From NCBI GenBank assembly GCA_002633005.1, contig NMRA01000345.1, positions 205,864-269,863 of the forward strand: a stretch of 64,000 bases of DNA. The letters are read 5' to 3'. Both the position numbers and the translations under genes were made by a program. How positions within the stretch are numbered: the first letter of the stretch is position 1; every line of letters starts with the position of its first letter. Positions 37,996 to 51,675 of this stretch are shown in pieces. Origin of the DNA: Phoronis australis (lineage: Eukaryota; Animalia; Phoronida). The notes beneath the pieces are model-generated. The model saw only the letters and a list, made by a program, of their open reading frames with translations, was not told the origin of the DNA and ran no database searches.

Positions 37996-38615
37996 AAACT
38001 AATTGCACCACATACTGAACGGTAAACATTGCAGTGAATCGATTTACCTTTCTGCCCTGGCTTTGTTACTACTTGCTAACTGAGAGGCCCGGGGTCAGAG
38101 GTAGTGAACTTCCAGGAAACGGCGAGTTATTCTTATTATACCCAATTGAAAATTTTAACAAAATAGAAATAAAGTGAACGGAGCCAATCAATCAGGTAAA
38201 TAAATTAGTAGTTAAGTAACGATTGACGAACCAAATTGGACTCAACTAACTTTCTTTGACTGGTCCTAACTTTTTTGTATATCTCATTTGATGACGTTGT
38301 CCCGTTGAATGAGTGGAGAGCAATGAGGCAGCACGTATGTGAAATTGTTTTCTGTAGTCACCCCCCTGACTACTTGAACAGTGGCCTATGACATGGAAAG
38401 TATGTCTTTAGCTGGTTCGATCAGCAAGCTTTCCAAAAATAGATGCAGTAATACAAATGTAGCAAACATAGACGTGACATAGAAAGGGCGCGTTCCACGC
38501 AGATACATGCAACTCGCGTTGTCAATATGACGCCACATTGGAGAGTACTACACAGGACACAAATGGCGGAAAACACAAGGAGCCCTCTCGCTGGTTCCCT
38601 ACCTCCGTGCCTAAC

Positions 38616-39321
38616 CAGAATGGAGAATCTTGACCAAGCACCTTGACCTACATTCTACAGCTGCGATGTCACAAGTGGGATGGCACGCTCTTTGCCACAG
38701 GTCACCAGAGTTCATCAACCAGGATCCAAACACGATGTGTATTTCCCTGATGGGTGGCAAATTTGAGTGGGAACGAAATCTTTGTGTCTGACGTTGAATA
38801 AACTCTTTGTTTTAAAACCTCTTTTGATATAATTATTATTAACATATAACAATTACGCATTTGCGTATGGGCACTTACAACTCAGCGCATGAAGTAAGGC
38901 AAAGTTATGTAGGCATTACATTGCTTAGAATTTATGTCATTGGTGGGAAAGTAAGAGTTGTAGCTTATAATGTTGCAAACCATGTGCCTCCTGACTTTGC
39001 CACCACTCCATTGAGCTTTCAAACAGCCCAGTGCTATAAACCCATGTTCCGTCCCATGATTTTGGCAACTCACCAACCACATTTTTTAGATTGAAATCCG
39101 ACCACCCATATTTTTTAATTGTGCTTAAGTTATACATTATACATGTTAGGTTATATTTTCGGTCTTCAGTGTTTCTTTACCCAACAACTGTCCAGCAGAC
39201 ACAGAATCAGCTCACGGTTGACCTAAGAAAGAAGCACTGAGCTCACCATGTTACAACGGCGGTGTGACGTCATCAGCTCTCGAATGTAGATCAAGGTGCT
39301 TTGTCAAGATTCTCCATTCTA
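38616..39321. mobile_element. MITE with ~58-bp TIRs ((C/T)AGAATGGAGAATCTTGAC...)
   Basis: 38616-38672 is the reverse complement of about 39263-39321; part of the right arm recurs at 61637-61718. Confidence 0.75.
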
Positions 39322-39534
39322 CGTGCTGCAAACCAGCACGCAGGTATCACGCAGTGTCCCGCATTTCAGCATTGGTTGATGTAACCTCAGCAGTCATTGG
39401 CAACACCGTGAACAAAATGGCGGAATGTGAACAATTTTTAGCCTTGTCATGAAAGTGACGTAGCAGCAACTATTTCGTTTCTGCAGGGATGTTTAAGAGC
39501 CGCGTCCTTGAAGCACATACAAGTACAATGGAGG

Positions 39535-40327
39535 CAGAATGGTGAATGTTGGCCAAATCCCCTTTTGTCCACTGACGTCACACGCATGCTGGCGCCCCCA
39601 GTGGAGGCCATGAGAACTCGTAAACCGAGTTAACCACTGATTTAGCCTATCAGTGCGGACCAAGTAGCATCAGACGAGTCACAGATTTGGATAATTCTAT
39701 GTATCGTGACTTTCGTCAATCCTCAAAATCTAAGAATTAAGAATGCTTTGTGGTATGTTACATAGTGAATTCTGAGGTTGCGGCATGATAAATATTTTTG
39801 CTCAGTTCAGTGTCTGAACTGAGTCCTGCGCCCGCGGGTACTGGGGCCTATTACGAATGGCCACGATACTTATTATGGAGAGATTGTGTAAAACTTACGT
39901 TTGAGCTTCTCATGATTTACGGCGGTGATAAGACGTCTGCTGCCTGTGAGTTGAATGCGGCCAAGCATTCGGTTATTTTTTTTTTCATATTAAAATATTG
40001 AAAGTTATGTCGACCAAAATGGTATCTTTTGTTCATTCTAAGTCGAGTCGCATTTGCCAAAGGATTGCCTAAAAATCCGTAAATAATTCCATTCAAGAAC
40101 AGCACTGTCCGTGGCCTGGCATACAAGCAAATGTATCGGTATAGAGTATCTTTGTTTGATACAATTGATGTCAGTCATCACCCTGAGTCGAGTTACCAGT
40201 TTTGTAAACAAACTGCAGATTCTACAAGAGCAGGCTACCAGTGCAAAGTCTCCTAACCTCCATGGGGGTGCCAGCATGCTTGTGACGTCAATGGACAAAA
40301 GGGATTTGGCCAACATTCACCATTCTG
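39535..40327. mobile_element. MITE with ~75-bp TIRs (CAGAATGGTGAATGTTGGCCAAATCCC...)
   Basis: Near-perfect TIRs at 39535-39607 and 40257-40327. Confidence 0.85.
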
Positions 40328-41209
40328 CACATAGATTAAGCAGCCTCGATTTCGCGAGCCCTTCAAATAAATGTACGTGATGAAATGGCTTGCAGCCGTG
40401 CCAACTGAATCTGATATTATGTAAAAAGGGTGCCTCTATGAGAGGAAAAAAGCACGACCTTATACAACGGTAAGATTTGTGGTTATTTTATCGATTATTC
40501 CATGTTTATTCTACTGAAGCCTATTAACTGAGGTACTCGCCGATGTCAACTTTGCGGCGGCAGTCGTCAATCAGGTTAATCTTTGTTTGTTGTGATGCGT
40601 GTTAAGATACTTGACGTAAAACTCGGGATCTTTTCGTACATCAAAGCATTATAATTGTTCAAAATGATTTCTAACAGGTTTACCAGTGACAGTTACATGA
40701 ATCTATACTGAATGTTTATGCTGTCAACTCCATATTGGTTAGTGAGTTAAGATTACAATTCAAGCCCAATGGCAAAGGGTAGGTGACAAATATGCATTGC
40801 ATTAAACTGTTTGCTTACTCTCTATCATATGTCGTCCGGAAATCTATTACACGTTGAAATAGGAAATCTATCATGTCTGTTTTCACGTGACCTTTGGTTT
40901 TTAGGTTTGAGGGCAGCACCGTAGGCCTACTACATGGTTTCTGCAGCTCAGCAAGACCTTAATTCCGATCCAGTGTCCGTTGGCTTTTTTGGAACATTTT
41001 TGTGCTTGACCACGACTATTCGTTGTTTCCCCATCAGTCTTGGTGATTGAGACCACATACATTGTAAGATCAATTAATCATTGACCAGCAAATGCTGTTA
41101 TCCAATGATGATGCTGTTTGCTAATTATGTTTAAGTAAATATTTGGTATTAATGACAATCATATACATTTGCTTGTATTGAAAAAAAAATCCTTGAATTT
41201 ACTCGCCAG

Positions 41210-41894
41210 TGTGCTTCTATTAATGAGCTTAACAATCTTGCAATTGAAAGAACTGTCAATATGCGCTGGGTTAGGGCCCATGTGGGAATTGACAGACTCG
41301 CAAATATAGGAGCACGCGTTCTGCATTTTGTGTCTGAACCTGCTATCCCGGTATCTTGCGGATGTTGCAGGATGAGTATACGCAACTGGGTACATACCCA
41401 GTCACCAGCCCAGTGGGCATCACTTAACTCCTGCAGAGAGACCAAGGAGAATTTTCCCAACGTGATCGAAACAAAAGGTTCAAAAAGCCTTCTGAGTCTA
41501 GATAGATTGGGTATAAGACACATCATTCAAATTTTGATGGGCCGCTGCAACCTAGCCCGACACATTACTGGGCATATGGGTAGCCCTGTGTGGTACTGAC
41601 GTAGAATCTCCTAAACACCTGGTAGAGTCTTGCCCGGCTTTTTATAGGCTAAGGAGCAGCCTACTGGATGGCACTGTTACATGCCTACAACATATAGTGC
41701 ATGGCAACAAATGGAAACGCGTGTCCGTTTTCCTAGAGGAGACTTGCAGACTTGAAAACTTTCTTCACGAGGAGCCATAATTGGGCTCTCGTGCTTCTTT
41801 GCTCAGGTGTTTTGTGCAATGGGCCCAATCTTGAGGCCTGCGCACGTCTGATGCACCGCAAATGACATTAGACCACCTGCACTTTTTTTCTTTT
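41210..41894 (+). mobile_element. 5'-truncated LINE of LOA/R1/I-group type (RNase H C-terminus, zinc-knuckle region, 3' UTR)
   Basis: LNNL...V.MRWVRAHVGI, EPAIPVS, QW...CRETK, LLSLDR..IR..QILMGRCNL.RH, ESPKHLVESCP; T-rich tail; TSD tttactcgccag at 41198-41209 and 41895-41906. Confidence 0.88.
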
Positions 41895-44800
41895 TTTACT
41901 CGCCAGCCATCAAAATCACTACATCTAAGTAAATAGTGTATTCTATTGAAACATATACTGCTTTAAATTAATATGTAACAGGAGGTTGGTATAAGCAGAC
42001 AGCGCGCGTAAGAGAAGAGTTTATTTTAAGTTTTTCGGCTAAGGGTCGCGCAGTACGTATATTAGATTAAGGGAGGGGATGGATAGGAACGCTCCGAAAT
42101 AATGGTTGGGAGTGGGACTGATCTCTTTGTGACCAAACGATTACACAGTTGAGTTTAATACAAAACGTCAACAAGTGCTTGGTGCTTCATCAGGGGTCTT
42201 CAGATCAATGAGTGCGGAATACAGTGCGTGAGAGAGTAATATTTGTATGTTTGCAATTCTGAGCGATGCACAGGAAAAATAGGAGTCTGTATTTTTTGCT
42301 TTTTACATTACGGCGTTCTCCCGTTGAGTCTAACTTGTTCAGTTGTATATCACAAAACTAATGAAGTTGGGCGGATGACCGCAGCAGCCGATATCTTACA
42401 CGGACGACTGATTCAGTTCATTCTAGCAATTAGGGTTGGAGGATCAGCTCCCTTTTGCTCGATGATTGCTCTAATCTCCGATAAGATCGTATCTTATATC
42501 CTCATTGGGCTGTGCTGTTAAAATAAGTTTAAACAGAAAATGTTTGAACATAAACCATTGACATTACTGAAAAAGTGTCCATCAAATACTGATCAAGCTT
42601 ATAGATTTTTGAATCTCCAAAATCGCCCAACTACAATCGAAGTTAAGACAATCTATTCTGTCCAAACGCACCAACCTACTGGGTTTGACTGTGTTCAGAT
42701 GTGATCGGTTTTAATCCTGGTAAATAATTTATCTGCATGATTTTCTACCAGACAAAAGACTATGCTCGGCAGTTAACGAAGGAACTACTGAACGGGAGAA
42801 CACCCTAACGAACTTTGAATGTCATTTATTTATATGACCCCAATGAAGTCACTTTCACAGTAGTTCACATTTAATTTCGACACCATTACAAGCAACACGG
42901 GCCATATTTTAATCTTACAAAGGTACCCTGGGTTATTGTTCAACAGTCTGTAAAAAGGCGTATTGGGGCACCACGAAAGTACGTCCCAGTGAGCGGCAAG
43001 TCTCCTGGATATGATGCATTTGCATCGAGCGACACGAAGTAAATGATTAATTTGCGCGATCGTGAAAAGACGAAACAAATAAAACGTTGACTGTGGATTG
43101 ACAGGCGTGGAGCTGCCCAGGCCGCTCGAGAATCTGCCACTGGTTGCGATCTTCCTATAGTTTGATATTTTCTCGATCGACTGATTAACTCTTAAAAAAC
43201 GCTTGCAAGTGCTACAGTGTACATCACATGTTTTTGTGTGTTTCTGAAAAAATCACACTCTTCAGCCTTTCAGTGGCGGATCTAAGTTTTCAGTAAGGNT
43301 GCGGAGGTCGGGAGTGGTACACCGCCTTCCCATGTAAGACAACTTTTTTGTTTTTGTAGCCAAATAGTGAAATTTCCATGCATCCTGGTACATTTCTGAC
43401 ACTTAACATGTCCCTGGAGTTTTTCTTAAGATAATTAAAAACTCTTCTCGTTTTCGTCACATGAACTTGGCTCATAAGAAGTTTCGTGAAACCATAGTTG
43501 TGCACATCTGGGTATGAGTCACACCACCAGCAAAAAAATTTGTTGGAACATCTGCGTACACACACCTTTTAGCGGCATACGAAAAAGTGTGGTGTGTATA
43601 CAGGGGTTCAGACAGCTACCAAATATTCAACAGCATAAGCGCGTTGAGCATGTTGCGGACCAAGGGACATAAACACTAACGATGAGAGGGTGGTGCAGAA
43701 GCAGGGTACAAAACTTCCGATTTTACGGAACGGCCGTTCAACCGTTACAAGATTTGGTTAAGTAATTGCTTGAATTGCTTAATTTTTAGAAGTTCTTAAG
43801 ACAAAATAAAATGATTAAACTCTTCTCTGCCATATCATTTAAATGCATTCACAAGAAAATTCAGACAATTTATTAACGCCAGAACAATGCCGTAGGAATC
43901 GGGGGGAGGCTTGGGCTCCCCAAAAAATTTCAGGAGTTAGGATTAAACCATGGCAATTGACATAGGCGTGGTTCCGGGGACAATAGATAGAAGAAAGCCT
44001 GCCAATTATGGATAAGAGAGAAACTTCTAACAGAACATTTAACAACAGCGCATGGTTTACCTTTGGAGGACCCTGGCTAGGACATTGTTAAGGTCTTCGC
44101 TTTTGCGTGATATCATTCCTACTCGTACATACAGTTCGAAAAATCAATAAAATTTGTAAAGCGAAGCTCGTGCATAGCGTACTGATTTATTGGATTTTTA
44201 TATTCAATAAGTCAACTTTGCGAATTCAAAACACTATATTTTTCCAGCGGCCCCTCTCTGGCAAGGGATAACGGAGATAACATTGTCTTTATTTTTGTCG
44301 AAACTGCATATAGCTTAAGAAAAACTTGATAACCTAACAGATAAAGCCAGTTGCTGCGCATTTTCTGATTTTCGAAAAAAATGTAGATATGTTTTTGTAT
44401 TTAGGGGCCCCACCCTTGAAGGAGGGCAGTGATGATATTCAAGTGGCCACTCTTTTTGTGTAATCTTATTGACACATTCTATTGGGATCGCACAAGGAGG
44501 AGGCGCTAATATTGGTAACGATTACCTCTAATTTGCTGCTTTTTGTAAAATCGTGCAAACGACTTTTATTTTGAAGGTCACTTCCTGCATCGTTTTTGAC
44601 AACACGACGGTGGAATAAACTGTCACTCGTTTCCCAAGCTTAAAGATGTTTCTCGGTCAAGCAGTTCGGAGGAAATGTCCCTTCGTCCTTCTATACATGT
44701 AAAGCCGACACCGCAAGTATTCACGAGGGAATTTGAGATTCCAAATCCATCAAAAATACCAAAATTACGTGCCCAGCACATCAGTATCAAGACATTCGAC

Positions 44801-47800
44801 CCAAACAACAAAAAATGTAAACATAATACAATAGGACTGACCGCCATCGAAAGGGGGGAATTTTAAAGAACGTGAAAGCCACAGTTTGTGAATAGTATAT
44901 ACGGACTATTTCCGATGGTATGTTATAAAATAATGTTGTTGTTTCCCCTCTTATCACAAGAATAGTACCTCTTTTGAAGATGATTACCGTGGGCCCACCC
45001 AGCCTAAACTATAGGAGACTCGAATTTTTGATAATGTGAAGCTTTTACTAGAAAACGGAGACTAAGAAAACACGGGATACTACGATCAGAAATATGAATT
45101 GAGCATTCCCGCCGAATTGCTGCCTTTTTGTCTTTTTAGTGGACTTTTCTCTCGTTTTCTAGGACTTTTTATTTGTCTGAGGTGGACCGTTTTGCCCACT
45201 TCGCAAAATGCGAGCCCCCAGAGCCCCCTGGCTTCATGCATAGTAACTATGATTTGTTTGTAACGTACATGTGGAAAACACTGCTGTCCACATTATTATT
45301 TCTGATGGCTGCGAACATGCCGAAAGGGAGTACTCAAAGAAATCTTGCAATTATCAATAATGATTGCAGCGCTTTTTATCAGTGGAATTCAAATTTAACT
45401 CTTGAACCGTTATAGGCACCTGTACCTCTGAAATGAGCAAAAATACACCTTAATACGAGTGCCTCATCTCCCATGTTCCCCCGGTTACTTGTCAAAAATT
45501 GCTTCTAACATTTTGTTTTGATGAACAAATTCGTTTGTTTTTATTTTATTTTACTTATTTGTGTATCTAGAAAAATCGATAGATTCGTAGACGATTTTTG
45601 ACAATTAGAATCCAATCTTCTACGAAATGATGATAGTTCAGTTAATTTAAAAGCAGCCTGAAGTTGAAAGAAAATCTGTAATCCGATCCTCAAATAGTTA
45701 ATTACATTTAGAAAATTGTGCCTATAAAAATGATTCTTGAACACATTGATGAAATTCAGATTTAGAAACTGTAGATTTGAAAATGTCTTTAAATAAAATT
45801 AAACTCTTTGCTTGGAAAGGCTGCCATTGTACTTCCATGGTGTTTTTATTTTCTCGTAGTATTGAGCAATGGGTTTTTGTTCATCAAAACTGAATTATTT
45901 GCTTCCTTGATTCCCATGCACGTCATGACCGACGCACCCACGTTAAAATATGGTATAACCATGCAGTATGTCCGTGCAGAATCTCCAGAATCCACGGGAG
46001 CTGAACTTCAGGCGATGAAGTGTGAACACTTTTGAGAAACACTCTGTATCATTTTCCCCAAACACTGGAAACTAGACTGCAGATCGTGTTTCAGCGATAG
46101 ATTTTGAAACAGCCCAAAAGGCACTATACCAGGAACCTTCGTTCCTTTTCAAAAAAACTCATTCAAAGAATGAGCATAATAAAATAGTTTTCCAGATGCT
46201 GGACCACGAATATTGACCTTAGAGCCAGTGTGGAGGGCCGGCGCGACTCACAGCTAAGGTGACCAGCAAATAGCTTTAGTTCATCAGGAATTTCGTATTC
46301 TCACACTGTTAGATCTCAGCTATATACTGAAACAGCTGCTCGCTACAGGTTAGTTTACTGGTCCTGGCCTATTCTTACCCTCCATGTTGGTTCACGATAA
46401 TTCAATTCTTGATGGCTGCATCCCCGGGATTGTTCCCCACCGTGGACGGACGTGGGAGATTGGGTACAGATATGGTGGCATCTGGAGCACGGTGGTGGCG
46501 GAGTTGGTGGTGATGGGTGGGGGNCCCCCCCCCCCAAAAAAAATTGCCTTCTTACTGGCCTGCAGAAACGTTTTCAGCTGATTTTCCCTCATTTAGTCTT
46601 AAAGTCGCATCGGCTGATTTTTGTTGTAAGTAGTATTAGTGTTTGTTTAAATACAGTACCGCACGAATCAGCTCATAATCACCTGCACAAATATTAACCA
46701 ACAGAAATGAATTTTTAATAATGATTATCAGTAAAAAGTGTTTAATTCACAGAGCTTTGTTCCAGGGGGAAGGGCCGAAGATCATCTGACATTGATACAT
46801 ATGGAGAAACTGAGTGTCAAAATTCATTGTCAATATTACAATAGGACATTATAAGGCAACGTCTAAACATAGTCACGATTGTGTTAAATTGGTTCAATAC
46901 GCAACACTTGTTGCTGTTAACAGTCTTTATTCATTTACATTCGAATCCTCGCAATAAAGTTCGACACTCAAAAAATATTGTTAAAGAAACTAACCAAGAG
47001 ACTTGATTAAATTATAAATGATATTTCAAAACATACTTGTTTCATTCTCAAGAAGAAATAAAACGATGCACTAATACCACCACAGAGGAAAAGCTAGCAA
47101 CATACGCAATGGGACACAGCAGGGGTGGAGAAGAGGGGTGACAAGGATGTCGCACAAACAAGTGCTCCATGACCCTGTTGAATATTCAAAACAGGCCTCA
47201 TGAATGCAATGAAAAAGGATTCCAATAATTGCTATCTTATCACATCGTGCTTTATATATCAACTGAATTGACGTGTACACCACAGTTTCATGACGAGTGA
47301 TACTGATGATTGTAAAGGTACATGTACATGTAGACATGCCCATTAAGACCTAATGTCCATATCTCTCTTCCAATGTCTGAACATGCTCTAAATAAAAATG
47401 ATAGGTTGTAAATATCACGTATACATAGACTACCTGTAAAGAAGTATGGAAGAGTTTTATCTGCAACATGATTTTGTGGAAATGAACTATTCCCCCAGGA
47501 CTTTTTGTGGCTTTTTATACAAAAAACTGAGATCATTTTCAGTATAGCACTGTCGTGAATATTCACTTGAAACAGTAGAATCAAGTTCCAATAGCCAGTA
47601 CTGGATAGATAACCTGCGACTGAATTGAAGAAGTGAAAATTTGGAAAACCTGTTATTTTCTTTAGGGTTTTGTGACTTCAACAGATATTTGATGTTCGCT
47701 AAGAAACTTGTATCGTACATTTTTGTAAATTAAGTTTCTGCACTTTATACACATTGAGGGTATATAGTTTTAAGTTTCATATTTTTAGAAAATAGAAAAT

Positions 47801-50800
47801 TCTCAAATTTTCAGTTCCAATGAGTAAGTAAAAGAGTGTGGTACAGTAGTTCATGTAGTGTTCACTCCGCCATCTTGTCATTCGCTGCAATGCTCATCTG
47901 TCGAAAACATTGGGCTCCCAAAACAAACGAATACGCAACACTAATTTACCGGCGGAGTCCGAGCCATGTAACAATTATTAAATTCATAATTTAATGACGT
48001 TTGACGTGAAATAAAAGTACTCTGTGATTGAAAGTAGGTAAAATACGCAAATGACATCCACTTATAAGCAAATGAGAATGAAATGCGTGTTTCAATCAAT
48101 ATTAAAGCGTATTTGCTTTGATTCTGTTGAAGTTCTCTTCAAAAGACGCCATGGCTTAGTTTCATGTTTTAGTTTTGCCCCCCCCTCCCCAACCCTTGGC
48201 TGCCGCAAAATTAAAGCAGCAAGAGCGTGAGGAAATATTGAGTTTAGTAATCAACCCCGGTATTTAACATGTGTCTGAAACAAGATTTCACGATGTGTGT
48301 AGGGCTTGGTGAGCGCACGCAACCGTAATTTGCGCGATTGCCAAAGACAAAATGTTACACCCCCCCAATGATCCGCCACTGCAAAAATTATTCCTTCCTA
48401 AATATAAACATGAAGATGTAATGTCAAGTATGTTCTGCCTTACAAAAGTAGTTTTGGCTTGTGTTTTCTTTTGTAACGTCATAATATTTTGCTGACTATT
48501 CTATTGCAGAAGAGAAAAATCAAATGAAACCAGCCAGCTTACAATCTACATGTATTTTACATTTCGATAAAGTGAAAAGCAGATTTTTTCAATCACCTGA
48601 AAAAGTTGAACATAATTAAGGAAGTCAGGCCTTGCCATGGGCTCTGTTGCATTGGAAAAAAACTGTTTTTAACAATATTGTTTCTTTGTATGTATGTAGT
48701 TGTTCAGTTTACCATTTTGTTTTTAAATACAATCGTTAATGTTTATTTTCGAATCTTGTCCATAGCAGATTCCAATCCATCTAGCTGCCATTGAAAACAT
48801 ATTTTGTTGTAAGGCCTTCTCAAAACAAGCTCTTAAAATAATTGCACGCACAAACAAAACAAAGCAAACAATGGGAATACTTCATTTTGATCGCTGCTCA
48901 CTTCTATGCGTAGGTAATTAGGAAATTGACAATTTGCAAATGCAATCGGTAATCATTTCAGCTTTATAAAGTAGCAGCACAACTGCACTGTATGCGGCTT
49001 TAAAACTCAAGAAATCCTGTCGTTCCAATAAATAGTGACAAACGTGCCTGTTGAAAATTTTATTAGGTCATAATAGTGTATCATTAACGGGCTTCTTAAC
49101 GACAATAAGACAATCGGTGCAGTCACTGAAAGTCATCTCTGCATAATGTGTACTAAATTGATAATTTTACTTTAAGCATTAAGCCTTTCTTCTGAAAAGA
49201 AAAGTTAATGTCACTCAGTGAGAAAGGACAGGTATTTTTACCAGATGCTTTTGGTTTCCATACCAATGGGATCTAGCTTCAATGGTCTATACATGTACAC
49301 TGTTCATGCGCATGTAAAAATGCCCAGTTTTGGTACGTGGCTCTCCTCAATGTAACCACATTAAGCCTCAAAAGCATTCGCAATATTAGATCCTGGAAGG
49401 TAAACACAACATCATATCACAGTGCATTACTAGGACTTCTTTAACTTCAGTTCCTTTCTTAAGGGGAATAAGCATTTGTTGCCCAAACATTACTCATTAC
49501 CTGTGAAAGGGCATCCTCACCAACGAGATTGGAAGGTGTAGCAGATCCTCCTCACACACATAAAATCCACTGACACAGTTCCTTATGGTAAAATAGTACT
49601 GCAACTCATATTTCTCCAGGGCCACTGACATGTCTAGTGTGCCAGCAATGCTGGTGTGTGGACATGATGTGGGAAGAGAAAGGAGTAAAGAAAGTTGTCT
49701 ATAATAATAATAATAATCTTAATAATAATTATAATAATAATGTTTATTGTACATCGTATGCTTTGCCTACTAATACATAGATACATAAATTCAGAATACT
49801 TACAAGGAGAGCAGTTCTTCTCTTAAAGCCACGGTCTTCTGAATATGCAATGCGAGGCGCTGGATGCTGTCATGATTTTTCTGTTGGAATAACCTAACAC
49901 GAGAATAGTTAACGTTGACAAGCTCTGGAAGAAGATTTTTTCTAAGGTCTCCAAGGACAGAGCATCGACACATGAAATGAGGCTCATCTTCAATTTCACC
50001 CGGACAGCATATGCCGCATATTCTCTCACCTCCAGAATTGCCCATATGTCTCCCTTTCTCTATATCAAGTGAGTAACCTGAACACTGAAATTCCGCAAGA
50101 ATTTTTCTCAAATAGGCGCTTAAACAATTCACATATTGCTCGCTGACAAGATCACTTTTAATAAGACTATAAAATTCATATTTATTTGATCTGCCTATTT
50201 TCAGTTGCCATTACTGTACTCCACAATCCAGTAATTTCTATTTAAACACCATAATAAACTCAGCACTATTGCCTGGGCCAAATAACCACACTGGCTTCTC
50301 CATAGCTCTACCTATTCAAAATTTCTTTGACACTGTGTGCCCAGTTACAATTACCGTTTTCTCTTTGTTCTCTAAGCATACTATTACACTTCCGTGGGTA
50401 CCTACATGTATGTTCTCCCATATCCAGTAATTTTGTCCAATAGAAAATTGGTTTACACATATATTTTGTAATTAACAATTGCCTTCCACATTCACGGCGA
50501 GCCATAGCATTTGGCGTTTTAATGCTCAATGTCTGAACATATTTACAGAAATCATAATAGAATTTTTCAATAGATTCACACATTGATGCCCCCCCTATTT
50601 CTGCACCATATGTTAATATGGGCATTATCAAAGAGATTAAATTGCACTCTATGGGAAATACTGTTAAGTTTTGACAGAATGGCTTTAAGGTAGGTGGATA
50701 CACAAAAAAAATTTTTGTGACTGTTTTTTACATTTTTATGTCATCCTAATCTTTAATTCTTGATGCACAGTATACTGAAGAAAAATAAAATCATTCTGAA

Positions 50801-50978
50801 AATCCAAAGTTGTTTTTTTAGCTATATTTGACCAAGCCTCAGTAAGTCGTTTGGCTTGAGTGCTCACCAGCTCAGTGATTGACAACTGGGGCGGAGCTTA
50901 TTTACAAGGACACTAGCTCTAATCTAACCCTGTCAACAAGCATTGCGTAACCGGGCAATCGAGAGTGCTGTACCAGCT

Positions 50979-51675
50979 NNNNNNNNNNNNNNNNNNNNNN
51001 NNNNNNNNNNNNNNNNNNNNNNNNNNNNNNNNNNNNNNNNNNNNNNNNNNNNNNNNNNNNNNNNNNNNNNNNNNNNNNNNNNNNNNNNNNNNNNNNNNNN
51101 NNNNNNNNNNNNNNNNNNNNNNNNNNNNNNNNNNNNNNNNNNNNNNNNNNNNNNNNNNNNNNNNNNNNNNNNNNNNNNNNNNNNNNNNNNNNNNNNNNNN
51201 NNNNNNNNNNNNNNNNNNNNNNNNNNNNNNNNNNNNNNNNNNNNNNNNNNNNNNNNNNNNNNNNNNNNNNNNNNNNNNNNNNNNNNNNNNNNNNNNNNNN
51301 NNNNNNNNNNNNNNNNNNNNNNNNNNNNNNNNNNNNNNNNNNNNNNNNNNNNNNNNNNNNNNNNNNNNNNNNNNNNNNNNNNNNNNNNNNNNNNNNNNNN
51401 NNNNNNNNNNNNNNNNNNNNNNNNNNNNNNNNNNNNNNNNNNNNNNNNNNNNNNNNNNNNNNNNNNNNNNNNNNNNNNNNNNNNNNNNNNNNNNNNNNNN
51501 NNNNNNNNNNNNNNNNNNNNNNNNNNNNNNNNNNNNNNNNNNNNNNNNNNNNNNNNNNNNNNNNNNNNNNNNNNNNNNNNNNNNNNNNNNNNNNNNNNNN
51601 NNNNNNNNNNNNNNNNNNNNNNNNNNNNNNNNNNNNNNNNNNNNNNNNNNNNNNNNNNNNNNNNNNNNNNNNNNN
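50979..51675. other. Scaffold gap (697 N)
   Basis: Run of N. Confidence 1.
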
